A DNA stretch of 64,000 nt, taken from contig OZ252243.1 of the NCBI GenBank assembly GCA_965249555.1, positions 2,144,001 to 2,208,000 of the forward strand. Direction: 5' to 3'. The notes beneath the pieces are model-generated. The model did no database searches and was not told the DNA's origin. It saw only the letters and a list, made by a program, of their open reading frames with translations. The position numbers and the translations under genes are program-made. Source of the DNA: Nitrosopumilus sp. (lineage in GTDB: Archaea > Thermoproteota > Nitrososphaeria > Nitrososphaerales > Nitrosopumilaceae). Below are positions 1 to 8,855 of the stretch, one piece after another (position 1 is the stretch's first letter; the number at the start of each line of letters is the position of its first letter).

Positions 1-179
1 ACATCAGTTAGAATCTTTGAGACCTCAATACCCATACTGTCCTGGTTTTGTATGTAAAGCAGTAGATCCTCGCTTGTCTGCTCCAGCTTCCTTCTGATTC
101 TTGCCCGAATCTCCCTTTGGTATTTCTTTGAGAATGTCTGTGGTGATATGATAAATCTCCTCTCCTTTGGACTCAGCAA
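1..179 (-). CDS. Partial small DNA-binding-like protein, paralog of 14948..15226; runs off the window
   Basis: Manual translation from TTG at 179 gives LLSPKERRFIISPQTFSKKYQREIRARIRRKLEQTSEDLLLYIQNQDSMGIEV, which aligns by eye with MPLTEKEKRVIVSPLSFSSKQ...DMQFLIKN...GIDV. Confidence 0.6.
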   Translation of the reverse strand, partial: MLSPKERRFIISPQTFSKKYQREIRARIRRKLEQTSEDLLLYIQNQDSMGIEVSKILTD

Positions 180-432
180 TTCTTTTCAGCCCTCATAAAG
201 TGGCCTTGTGCATTGCTGTATAGCGCATCCCCTGGAATGACAAACTGTAGTCCGGTCTTTTTTAGGGACTGATTGATGGCGCCATTCGGTTCAACCCCCT
301 ATTTCTGAAATAACGTTTCCAGTAGTACAATTCCTGTATGTGAAATTACTTTTTGAACATCTCTTTGAGATATCCTGTTTGTAATTCCTAGGAATAATTT
401 TCATTGAAACCGTTTGTGATTTCAATTATGTC

Positions 433-515
433 ATCTCACACCCATCCGCTGAGTCGGTTCTGAAACTATGTTTCAAAATAAAACGGGTTTGGATGGTATG
501 GCTCAGTCAAAAAAA
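433..515. promoter_or_regulatory. Conserved 83-bp element, copy 1
   Basis: atctcacacccatccgctgagtcggttctgaaactatgtttcaaaataaaacgggtttggatggtatggctcagtcaaaaaaa with internal inverted repeats; regulatory role inferred. Confidence 0.7.
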
Positions 516-527
516 GATGCTGTATGT

Positions 528-1033
528 CTACAGCTTGTCTTCTATTCTCTTTAAGATACTTGTCATATCTTTGAGAGAATTTGATGTCTCTTTCTGAGAT
601 GATGCTGTCTCTTTCTGAGATGATGCTATCTCTTTGAGAGAATTTGATGTCTCTTTCTGAGATGATGCTATCTCTTTGAGAGAATTTGATGTCTCTTTCT
701 GAGATGATGCTATCTCTTTGAGAATTCCAGATGTCTCTATATGGTTTTCTTTGAGAATTTTTGTATGGCTCTCAAGGATTTCATTTTGCTCGTTGAATCG
801 CCTGTACAGCTTGTGTGCCACATCTCTTGTTGCAAGCATCATATAGACACCTACGACGCCGGCAATAATAAAGGCAGCTCCCAAGGCAATCAGCATTTCA
901 TTATATGGGGCGTGATTCCAAGTGCCAGAATACCTGCTCCCAGACACATTATAACAAACAACCAGTGGTTGCCTTTTGTGGTATCTTGTATTTGGGATGA
1001 AATCCTTCTTATCTGGTTTTTGATATCTACCAC
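528..1033 (-). pseudogene. Membrane-anchored heptad-repeat coiled-coil protein, copy 1, frameshifted
   Basis: Same gene as 2351..2878 but G4 instead of G5 at ~907-910 shifts the N-terminus out of frame. Confidence 0.7.
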
Positions 1034-1257
1034 TTGTAATTTTCATCTCCGTTGTCTTTATCCCACATTCTTTGTTTTGAGTTTTTTCCGATATTTTCTA
1101 TTACAAGTTGGATTACACTTGGAATGCCAAGTCCGAACCCCAGTGCTTGCAGCAACTCCGCATGCATAACTGTTCCGCCTACAACGCTTAGTGCCCCACC
1201 TGCAGTAAACACAATCAGAAACACATTCATATCAGTCATGGGGATCATGTGTCTCAT
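1027..1257 (-). CDS. Small two-TM membrane protein, intact only in the first A unit
   Basis: Hydrophobic VFLIVFTAGGALSVVGG and ALGFGLGIPSVI segments; internally deleted in the other units. Confidence 0.55.
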   Translation of the reverse strand: MRHMIPMTDMNVFLIVFTAGGALSVVGGTVMHAELLQALGFGLGIPSVIQLVIENIGKNSKQRMWDKDNGDENYKW

Positions 1258-1278
1258 CTGTATGCTCCTCTTAAAAAA

Positions 1279-1512
1279 CTAAGAGACATGTACAAGCTCT
1301 GATTCTGCAGATAGTTTCTGCAACATTTTTACTGCAATGACATGCGAGCATCCCCCTCGAAACTTGAATCCCATACATTCGCATATCTCATCATTTATGA
1401 TGTATGATCTTCCAGGAGTGGATGCATTTACCTGGTAGGTATCATCATCAATCTGAATGATGCATTTTGTGTCTATGAGATTCTGTGCCTTTTTCTCCGT
1501 GAATTCAGACAT
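1279..1512 (-). CDS. SWIM zinc-finger protein
   Basis: CECMGFKFRGGCSH fits CxCxxF..CxH. Confidence 0.8.
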   Translation of the reverse strand: MSEFTEKKAQNLIDTKCIIQIDDDTYQVNASTPGRSYIINDEICECMGFKFRGGCSHVIAVKMLQKLSAESELVHVS

Positions 1513-1562
1513 TACTCACATTGGATGAAGACGTATCAAGGCGGATTTCTGTCGTATCACTC

Positions 1563-1916
1563 TCATAGAGTTGTACAATCTCCATCACACACTCGGGTTT
1601 CTAATGTTGCTCCTGCAAACCAATTACTTTTAGTTAGTTCTTGCAGCTGCTGTCCTACCTTGTTTTCAGATACTCCAGATGCTGATTTGGCAGACCATGT
1701 GATTCCAAGTTCTCTTTGTGTGTGTCCGCATTTCTCCGGTCCGTTGAATCTGATTTCAGTTGGAGCAATTGTCGGATAGTTCGTACCCATTCTGTCTGCA
1801 AGAACTACTCCAAGATGTCTTAGTGGTGTTACCATCTTTTTGAAATCCGTTGCAACTTTTGAGAATTTTCCCGCATCAAACTCTGGTGATACGTAATAGT
1901 AGTGAGTGTAACCCAT
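1563..1916 (-). CDS. Hypothetical protein with MGYTHY...IRFNG motif, possibly C-terminally truncated
   Basis: ORF conserved in five copies; motif recalls uncharacterised phage/plasmid proteins. Confidence 0.6.
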   Translation of the reverse strand: MGYTHYYYVSPEFDAGKFSKVATDFKKMVTPLRHLGVVLADRMGTNYPTIAPTEIRFNGPEKCGHTQRELGITWSAKSASGVSENKVGQQLQELTKSNWFAGATLETRVCDGDCTTL

Positions 1917-2116
1917 TAGTTGCACTCTACACAGTTACATGACACTGCATGCTGTTCTGGTAATGAGGAATAGTATGCTTCATTTGCAATCTTTTCCTCA
2001 TGACATTGTTGTAGGATTTCAAGTTGTTCTGAACTCCATCCCATGCTAACTATACACTTTGTATGAGAGAGGGGATTTTGTTGTACATTTTTGATACTTG
2101 TATATTGTTGGACCAT
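1916..2116 (-). CDS. Small hypothetical protein with C-terminal CNCVEC
   Basis: ORF conserved in five copies and coupled to the next gene. Confidence 0.45.
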   Translation of the reverse strand: MVQQYTSIKNVQQNPLSHTKCIVSMGWSSEQLEILQQCHEEKIANEAYYSSLPEQHAVSCNCVECN

Positions 2117-2255
2117 TCGGTTCAACCTCCTATTTCTGAAATAACGTTTCCAGTGGTACGATTCCTGTATGTGAAGTTACTTTTTGAGCATCTCTTTGAG
2201 ATGTCATATTTGTAACTTCAAGGAATTTGAAACCGTTTGTGATTTCAATTATACA

Positions 2256-2338
2256 ATCTCACACCCGTCCGCTGAGTCGGTTCTGAAACTATGTTTCAAA
2301 ATAAAACGGGTTTGGATGGTATGGCTCAGTCAAAAAAA
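2256..2338. promoter_or_regulatory. Conserved 83-bp element, copy 2
   Basis: Near-identical to 433..515 (ccgtcc variant). Confidence 0.7.
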
Positions 2339-2350
2339 GATGCTGTATGT

Positions 2351-2878
2351 CTACAGCTTGTCTTCTATTCTCTTTAAGATACCTGTCATATCTTTGAGAG
2401 AATTTGATGTCTCTTTCTGAGATGATGCTGTCTCTTTCTGAGATGATGCTATCTCTTTGAGAGAATTTGATGTCTCTTTCTGAGATGATGCTATCTCTTT
2501 CTGAGATGATGCTATCTCTTTGAGAGAATTTGATGTCTCTTTCTGAGATGATGCTATCTCTTTGAGAATTCCAGATGTCTCTATATGGTTTTCTTTGAGA
2601 ATTTTTGTATGGCTCTCAAGGATTTCATTTTGCTCGTTGAATCGCCTGTACAGCTTGTGTGCCACATCTCTTGTTGCAAGCATCATATAGACACCTACGA
2701 CGCCGGCAATAATAAAGGCAGCTCCCAAGGCAATCAGCATTTCATTATATGGGGGCGTGATTCCAAGTGCCAGAATACCTGCTCCCAGACACATTATAAC
2801 AAACAACCAGTGGTTGCCTTTTGTGGTATCTTGTATTTGGGATGAAATCCTTCTTATCTGGTTTTTGATATCTACCAC
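2351..2878 (-). CDS. Two-TM membrane protein with 8 KEIASSQ/KETSNSL heptads
   Basis: Two hydrophobic helices followed by 21-nt tandem repeats. Confidence 0.8.
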   Translation of the reverse strand: MVDIKNQIRRISSQIQDTTKGNHWLFVIMCLGAGILALGITPPYNEMLIALGAAFIIAGVVGVYMMLATRDVAHKLYRRFNEQNEILESHTKILKENHIETSGILKEIASSQKETSNSLKEIASSQKEIASSQKETSNSLKEIASSQKETASSQKETSNSLKDMTGILKRIEDKL

Positions 2879-2955
2879 TTGTAATTTTCATCTCCGTTGT
2901 CTTTATCCCACATTATCCCAGTCATGTGTCTCATCTGTATGCTCATCTTAAAAAA

Positions 2956-3189
2956 CTAAGAGGTATGTACAAGCTCTGGTTCCTTGGACTGTTTCTGCAA
3001 TATTTTTACTGCAATGACATGCGAGCATTCACCTCGAAACTTGAATCCCATACATTCGCATATCTCATCATTTATGATGTATGATCTTCCAGGAGTGGAT
3101 GCGTTTACCTGGTAGGTATCATCATCAATCTGAATGATGCATTTTGTGTCTATGAGATTCTGTGCCTTTTTCTCCGTGAATTCAGACAT
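2956..3189 (-). CDS. SWIM zinc-finger protein
   Basis: CECMGFKFRGECSH. Confidence 0.8.
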   Translation of the reverse strand: MSEFTEKKAQNLIDTKCIIQIDDDTYQVNASTPGRSYIINDEICECMGFKFRGECSHVIAVKILQKQSKEPELVHTS

Positions 3190-3239
3190 TACTCACATTG
3201 GATGAAGACGTATCAAGGCGGATTTCTGTCGTATCACTC

Positions 3240-3593
3240 TCATAGAGTTGTACAATCTCCATCACACACTCGGGTTTCTAATGTTGCTCCTGCAAACCAA
3301 TTACTTTTAGTTAGTTCTTGCAGCTGTTGTCCTACCTTGTTTTCAGATACTCCAGATGCTGATTTGGCAGGCCATGTGATTCCAAGTTCTCTTTGTGTGT
3401 GTCCGCATTTCTCCGGTCCGTTGAATCTGATTTCAGTTGGAGTAATTGTCGGATAGTTCTCGCCCATTCCGTCTGCAAGAACTACTCCAAGATGTCTTAG
3501 TGGTGTTACCATCTTTTTGAAACCCGTTGCAACTTTTGAGAATTTCCCTGCATCAAACTCTGGTGATACGTAATAGTAGTGAGTGTAACCCAT
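3240..3593 (-). CDS. MGYTHY-motif hypothetical protein
   Basis: Copy of 1563..1916. Confidence 0.6.
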   Translation of the reverse strand: MGYTHYYYVSPEFDAGKFSKVATGFKKMVTPLRHLGVVLADGMGENYPTITPTEIRFNGPEKCGHTQRELGITWPAKSASGVSENKVGQQLQELTKSNWFAGATLETRVCDGDCTTL

Positions 3594-3793
3594 TAGTTGC
3601 ACTCTACACAGTTACATGACACTGCATGCTGTTCTGGTAATGAGGAATAGTATGCTTCATTTGCAATCTTTTCCTCATGACATTGTTGTAGGATTTCAAG
3701 TTGTTCTGAACTCCATCCCATGCTAACTATACACTTTGTATGAGAGAGGGGATTTTGTTGTACATTTTTGATACTTGTATATTGTTGGACCAT
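3593..3793 (-). CDS. Small CNCVEC hypothetical protein
   Basis: Copy of 1916..2116. Confidence 0.45.
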   Translation of the reverse strand: MVQQYTSIKNVQQNPLSHTKCIVSMGWSSEQLEILQQCHEEKIANEAYYSSLPEQHAVSCNCVECN

Positions 3794-3932
3794 TCGGTTC
3801 AACCTCCTATTTCTGAAATAACGTTTCCAGTGGTACGATTCCTGTATGTGAAGTTACTTTTTGAGCATCTCTTTGAGATGTCATATTTGTAACTTCAAGG
3901 AATTTGAAACCGTTTGTGATTTCAATTATACA

Positions 3933-4015
3933 ATCTCACACCCGTCCGCTGAGTCGGTTCTGAAACTATGTTTCAAAATAAAACGGGTTTGGATGGTATG
4001 GCTCAGTCAAAAAAA
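3933..4015. promoter_or_regulatory. Conserved 83-bp element, copy 3
   Basis: Near-identical to 433..515. Confidence 0.7.
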
Positions 4016-4027
4016 GATGCTGTATGT

Positions 4028-4492
4028 CTACAGCTTGTCTTCTATTCTCTTTAAGATACTTGTCATATCTTTGAGAGAATTTGATGTCTCTTTCTGAGAT
4101 GATGCTGTCTCTTTCTGAGATGATGCTATCTCTTTGAGAGAATTTGATGTCTCTTTCTGAGATGATGCTATCTCTTTGAGAATTCCAGATGTCTCTATAT
4201 GGTTTTCTTTGAGAATTTTTGTATGGCTCTCAAGGATTTCATTTTGCTCGTTGAATCGCCTGTACAGCTTGTGTGCCACATCTCTTGTTGCAAGCATCAT
4301 ATAGACACCTACGACGCCGGCAATAATAAAGGCAGCTCCCAAGGCAATCAGCATTTCATTATATGGGGGCGTGATTCCAAGTGCCAGAATACCTGCTCCC
4401 AGACACATTATAACAAACAACCAGTGGTTGCCTTTTGTGGTATCTTGTATTTGGGATGAAATCCTTCTTATCTGGTTTTTGGTATCTACCAC
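4028..4492 (-). CDS. Two-TM membrane protein with 5 heptads
   Basis: Paralog of 2351..2878. Confidence 0.8.
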   Translation of the reverse strand: MVDTKNQIRRISSQIQDTTKGNHWLFVIMCLGAGILALGITPPYNEMLIALGAAFIIAGVVGVYMMLATRDVAHKLYRRFNEQNEILESHTKILKENHIETSGILKEIASSQKETSNSLKEIASSQKETASSQKETSNSLKDMTSILKRIEDKL

Positions 4493-4566
4493 TTGTAATT
4501 TTCATCTCCGTTGTTATCCCACATTATCCCAGTCATGTGTCTCATCTGTATGCTCCTCTTAAAAAA

Positions 4567-4800
4567 CTAAGAGACATGTACAAGCTCTGGTTCCTTGGAC
4601 TGTTTCTGCAACATTTTTACTGCAATGACATGCGAGCATCCCCCTCTAAACTTGAATCCCATACATTCGCATATCTCATCATTTATGATGTATGATCTTC
4701 CAGGAGTGGATGCGTTTACCTGGTAGGTATCATCATCAATCTGAATGATGCATTTTGTGTCTATGAGATTCTGTGCCTTTTTCTCCGTGAATTCAGACAT
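4567..4800 (-). CDS. SWIM zinc-finger protein
   Basis: CxC..CxH motif; start taken at MSEF as in the other copies. Confidence 0.8.
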   Translation of the reverse strand: MSEFTEKKAQNLIDTKCIIQIDDDTYQVNASTPGRSYIINDEICECMGFKFRGGCSHVIAVKMLQKQSKEPELVHVS

Positions 4801-4850
4801 TGCCCACATTGGATGAAGACGTATCAAGGCGGATTTCTGTCGTATCACTC

Positions 4851-5204
4851 TCATAGAGTTGTACAATCTCCATCACACACTCGGGTTTCTAATGTTGCTC
4901 CTGCAAACCAATTACTTTTAGTTAGTTCTTGCAGCTGCTGTCCTACCTTGTTTTCAGATACTCCAGATGCTGATTTGGCAGGCCATGTGATTCCAAGGTC
5001 TCTTTGTGTGTGTCCGCATTTCTCCAGTCCGTTGAATCTGATTTCAGTTGGAGTAATTGTCGGATAGTTCTCACCCATTCTGTCTGCAAGAACTACTCCA
5101 AGATGTCTTAGTGGTGTTACCATCTTTTTGAAACCCGTTGCAACTTTTGAGAATTTTTCCGCATCAAACTCTGGTGATACGTAATAGTAGTGAGTGTAAC
5201 CCAT
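4851..5204 (-). CDS. MGYTHY-motif hypothetical protein
   Basis: Array copy. Confidence 0.6.
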   Translation of the reverse strand: MGYTHYYYVSPEFDAEKFSKVATGFKKMVTPLRHLGVVLADRMGENYPTITPTEIRFNGLEKCGHTQRDLGITWPAKSASGVSENKVGQQLQELTKSNWFAGATLETRVCDGDCTTL

Positions 5205-5404
5205 TAGTTGCACTCTACACAGTTACATGACACTGCATACTGTTCTGGTAATGAGGAATAGTATGCTTCATTTGCAATCTTTTCCTCATGACACTGTTGC
5301 AGGATTTCAAGTTGTTCTGAACTCCACCCCATGCTAACTATACACTTTGTATGAGAGAAGGGATTTTGTTGTACATTTTTGATACTTGTATATTGTTGGA
5401 CCAT
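5204..5404 (-). CDS. Small CNCVEC hypothetical protein
   Basis: Array copy. Confidence 0.45.
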   Translation of the reverse strand: MVQQYTSIKNVQQNPFSHTKCIVSMGWSSEQLEILQQCHEEKIANEAYYSSLPEQYAVSCNCVECN

Positions 5405-5546
5405 TCGGTTCAACCTCCTATTTCTGAAATAACGTTTCCAGTGGTACGATTCCTGTATGTGAAGTTACTTTTTGAGCATCTCTTTGAGATGTCATATTTG
5501 TAACTTCAAGGAATAATGTTGAAAATCTATCTTGATTTTCCAATCC

Positions 5547-5629
5547 ATCTCACATCCATCCGCTGAATCGGTTCTGAAACTATGTTTCAAAATAAAACGG
5601 GTTTGGATGGTATGGCTCAGTCAAAAAAA
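5547..5629. promoter_or_regulatory. Conserved 83-bp element, copy 4
   Basis: gctgaatc variant. Confidence 0.7.
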
Positions 5630-5633
5630 TATT

Positions 5634-5849
5634 TCAGATCTGTTGTAGAAGATCTTCTTTTGAGATTTCAGCTTGCTCCAGGATTAGTTTCAAGGTGGAT
5701 TCTCTGATTGGAGAATGCCTGGGTACTGGAACAATATTGCCATCTTTGTTTTGAAGTATGATGTGGCTTCCTCTTTGTCTATTTACAGAATACCCAAATT
5801 TGCTTAATGCCTTTATGACATCACGCCAATTGTGGTTTCTTAGACTCAA
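5634..5849 (-). CDS. hicA: HicA-family mRNA interferase toxin
   Basis: RQRGSHIIL...VPVPRH...STLKLILEQA; 71 aa. Confidence 0.9.
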   Translation of the reverse strand: MSLRNHNWRDVIKALSKFGYSVNRQRGSHIILQNKDGNIVPVPRHSPIRESTLKLILEQAEISKEDLLQQI

Positions 5850-6064
5850 TTTGGAATCTCTACAATTATTTTCTGATCTGGTTTTGCTTTTTCTTTAATG
5901 GACTCTAGAACCAGAGAAATGACTTCTTTCATGTTTGATTCTAGCTGCTCCATTGTATCTCCTTCACTAATTGCTGCAGGTAATTCAAGGCATCGTCCTG
6001 TGTATCCACCTTCTGATGATTTGATTACCTGGATAGTGAACTTTCTTGTGTCCATGCTTTTCAT
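5846..6064 (-). CDS. hicB: HicB-family antitoxin
   Basis: GGYTGRCLELPAAISEGDTMEQLESNMKEVI; overlaps hicA by 4 nt. Confidence 0.9.
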   Translation of the reverse strand: MKSMDTRKFTIQVIKSSEGGYTGRCLELPAAISEGDTMEQLESNMKEVISLVLESIKEKAKPDQKIIVEIPN

Positions 6065-6094
6065 TTTCTTGCTGTTTTACATCCTAAAAAAAGA

Positions 6095-6298
6095 TTAGGA
6101 ATCAAGAATTTTGTTCAATTCCTGCCTTATCTTTTTGAGCGTCTTTTTGTGCTTTCTCTGCCTGATATGATCCTGTGCAACCCCTAGGCTCTTGCATGCA
6201 TCAGACCATTCTCCTCGCTTTTCACATTCCAGGTTTCTTCCTGTGAATTCCCAATCCTCACAGTTCCAGTCAGAGACTGAGATTGAATATTCTGTCAT
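6095..6298 (-). CDS. Hypothetical protein (67 aa)
   Basis: ORF in the B unit, present twice. Confidence 0.5.
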   Translation of the reverse strand: MTEYSISVSDWNCEDWEFTGRNLECEKRGEWSDACKSLGVAQDHIRQRKHKKTLKKIRQELNKILDS

Positions 6299-6528
6299 TA
6301 GTATTCAACCTCTACTGTACCCTTTGTATGAAAGACGTGATTTTGTCGTACATTTTTGATACTTGTATATTGTTGGACCATTCGGTTCAACCTCCTATTC
6401 CTGAAATAACGTTTCCAGTAGTACGATTCCTGTATGTGAAATTACTTTCAGAACATCTCTTTGAGATATCCTGTTTGTAACTTCAAGGAATAATTTTCAT
6501 TGAAACCGTCTGTGATTTCAATTATGTC

Positions 6529-6611
6529 ATCTCACATCCATCCGCTGAGTCGGTTCTGAAACTATGTTTCAAAATAAAATGGGTTTGGATGGTATGGCTC
6601 AGTCAAAAAAA
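6529..6611. promoter_or_regulatory. Conserved 83-bp element, copy 5
   Basis: Near-identical repeat. Confidence 0.7.
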
Positions 6612-6623
6612 GATGCTGTATGT

Positions 6624-7046
6624 CTACAGCTTGTCTTCTATTCTCTTTAAGATACTTGTCATATCTTTGAGAGAATTTGATGTTTCTTTCTGAGATGATG
6701 CTGTCTCTTTCTGAGATGATGCTATCTCTTTGAGAATTCCAGATATCTCTATATGGTTTTCTTTGAGAATTTTTGTATGGCTCTCAAGGATTTCATTTTG
6801 CTCGTTGAATCGCCTGTACAGCTTGTGTGCCACATCTCTTGTTGCAAGCATCATATAGACACCTACGACGCCGGCAATAATAAAGGCAGCTCCCAAGGCA
6901 ATCAGCATTTCATTATATGGGGGCGTGATTCCAAGTGCCAGAATACCTGCTCCCAGACACATTATAACAAACAACCAGTGGTTGCCTTTTGTGGTATCTT
7001 GTATTTGGAATGAAATCCTTCTTATCTGGTTTTTGATATCTACCAC
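6624..7046 (-). CDS. Two-TM membrane protein with 3 heptads
   Basis: Paralog of 2351..2878. Confidence 0.8.
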   Translation of the reverse strand: MVDIKNQIRRISFQIQDTTKGNHWLFVIMCLGAGILALGITPPYNEMLIALGAAFIIAGVVGVYMMLATRDVAHKLYRRFNEQNEILESHTKILKENHIEISGILKEIASSQKETASSQKETSNSLKDMTSILKRIEDKL

Positions 7047-7123
7047 TTGTAATTTTCATCTCCGTTGTCTTTATCCCACATTATCCCAGTCATGTGTCTC
7101 ATCTGTATGCTCCTCTTAAAAAA

Positions 7124-7357
7124 CTAAGAGACATGTACAAGCTCTGGTTCCTTGGACTGTTTCTGCAACATTTTTACTGCAATGACATGCGAGCATCCCC
7201 CTCTAAACTTGAATCCCATACATTCGCATATCTCATCATTTATGATGTATGATCTTCCAGGAGTGGATGCGTTTACCTGGTAGGTATCATCATCAATCTG
7301 AATGATGCATTTTGTGTCTATGAGATTCTGTGCCTTTTTCTCCGTGAATTCAGACAT
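7124..7357 (-). CDS. SWIM zinc-finger protein
   Basis: CxC..CxH motif. Confidence 0.8.
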   Translation of the reverse strand: MSEFTEKKAQNLIDTKCIIQIDDDTYQVNASTPGRSYIINDEICECMGFKFRGGCSHVIAVKMLQKQSKEPELVHVS

Positions 7358-7407
7358 TGCCCACATTGGATGAAGACGTATCAAGGCGGATTTCTGTCGT
7401 ATCACTC

Positions 7408-7761
7408 TCATAGAGTTGTACAATCTCCATCACACACTCGGGTTTCTAATGTTGCTCCTGCAAACCAATTACTTTTAGTTAGTTCTTGCAGCTGCTGTCC
7501 TACCTTGTTTTCAGATACTCCAGATGCTGATTTGGCAGGCCATGTGATTCCAAGGTCTCTTTGTGTGTGTCCGCATTTCTCCAGTCCGTTGAATCTGATT
7601 TCAGTTGGAGTAATTGTCGGATAGTTCTCACCCATTCTGTCTGCAAGAACTACTCCAAGATGTCTTAGTGGTGTTACCATCTTTTTGAAACCCGTTGCAA
7701 CTTTTGAGAATTTTTCCGCATCAAACTCTGGTGATACGTAATAGTAGTGAGTGTAACCCAT
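7408..7761 (-). CDS. MGYTHY-motif hypothetical protein
   Basis: Array copy. Confidence 0.6.
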   Translation of the reverse strand: MGYTHYYYVSPEFDAEKFSKVATGFKKMVTPLRHLGVVLADRMGENYPTITPTEIRFNGLEKCGHTQRDLGITWPAKSASGVSENKVGQQLQELTKSNWFAGATLETRVCDGDCTTL

Positions 7762-7961
7762 TAGTTGCACTCTACACAGTTACATGACACTGCATACTGT
7801 TCTGGTAATGAGGAATAGTATGCTTCATTTGCAATCTTTTCCTCATGACACTGTTGCAGGATTTCAAGTTGTTCTGAACTCCACCCCATGCTAACTATAC
7901 ACTTTGTATGAGAGAAGGGATTTTGTTGTACATTTTTGATACTTGTATATTGTTGGACCAT
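7761..7961 (-). CDS. Small CNCVEC hypothetical protein
   Basis: Array copy. Confidence 0.45.
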   Translation of the reverse strand: MVQQYTSIKNVQQNPFSHTKCIVSMGWSSEQLEILQQCHEEKIANEAYYSSLPEQYAVSCNCVECN

Positions 7962-8103
7962 TCGGTTCAACCTCCTATTTCTGAAATAACGTTTCCAGTG
8001 GTACGATTCCTGTATGTGAAGTTACTTTTTGAGCATCTCTTTGAGATGTCATATTTGTAACTTCAAGGAATAATGTTGAAAATCTATCTTGATTTTCCAA
8101 TCC

Positions 8104-8186
8104 ATCTCACATCCATCCGCTGAATCGGTTCTGAAACTATGTTTCAAAATAAAACGGGTTTGGATGGTATGGCTCAGTCAAAAAAA
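8104..8186. promoter_or_regulatory. Conserved 83-bp element, copy 6
   Basis: Same variant as copy 4. Confidence 0.7.
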
Positions 8187-8190
8187 TATT

Positions 8191-8406
8191 TCAGATCTGT
8201 TGTAGAAGATCTTCTTTTGAGATTTCAGCTTGCTCCAGGATTAGTTTCAAGGTGGATTCTCTGATTGGAGAATGCCTGGGTACTGGAACAATATTGCCAT
8301 CTTTGTTTTGAAGTATGATGTGGCTTCCTCTTTGTCTATTTACAGAATACCCAAATTTGCTTAATGCCTTTATGACATCACGCCAATTGTGGTTTCTTAG
8401 ACTCAA
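8191..8406 (-). CDS. hicA: HicA toxin, second copy
   Basis: Same protein as 5634..5849. Confidence 0.9.
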   Translation of the reverse strand: MSLRNHNWRDVIKALSKFGYSVNRQRGSHIILQNKDGNIVPVPRHSPIRESTLKLILEQAEISKEDLLQQI

Positions 8407-8621
8407 TTTGGAATCTCTACAATTATTTTCTGATCTGGTTTTGCTTTTTCTTTAATGGACTCTAGAACCAGAGAAATGACTTCTTTCATGTTTGATTCTA
8501 GCTGCTCCATTGTATCTCCTTCACTAATTGCTGCAGGTAATTCAAGGCATCGTCCTGTGTATCCACCTTCTGATGATTTGATTACCTGGATAGTGAACTT
8601 TCTTGTGTCCATGCTTTTCAT
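8403..8621 (-). CDS. hicB: HicB antitoxin, second copy
   Basis: Same protein as 5846..6064. Confidence 0.9.
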   Translation of the reverse strand: MKSMDTRKFTIQVIKSSEGGYTGRCLELPAAISEGDTMEQLESNMKEVISLVLESIKEKAKPDQKIIVEIPN

Positions 8622-8651
8622 TTTCTTGCTGTTTTACATCCTAAAAAAAGA

Positions 8652-8855
8652 TTAGGAATCAAGAATTTTGTTCAATTCCTGCCTTATCTTTTTGAGCGTC
8701 TTTTTGTGCTTTCTCTGCCTGATATGATCCTGTGCAACCCCTAGGCTCTTGCATGCATCAGACCATTCTCCTCGCTTTTCACATTCCAGGTTTCTTCCTG
8801 TGAATTCCCAATCCTCACAGTTCCAGTCAGAGACTGAGATTGAATATTCTGTCAT
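8652..8855 (-). CDS. Hypothetical protein (67 aa)
   Basis: Copy of 6095..6298. Confidence 0.5.
   Translation of the reverse strand: MTEYSISVSDWNCEDWEFTGRNLECEKRGEWSDACKSLGVAQDHIRQRKHKKTLKKIRQELNKILDS

Noticed and set aside
433-515. Known self-cleaving ribozyme (hammerhead or HDV-like)
   Set aside because: No CUGAUGA/GAAA core, and the helix order does not fit HDV by eye; needs Infernal.
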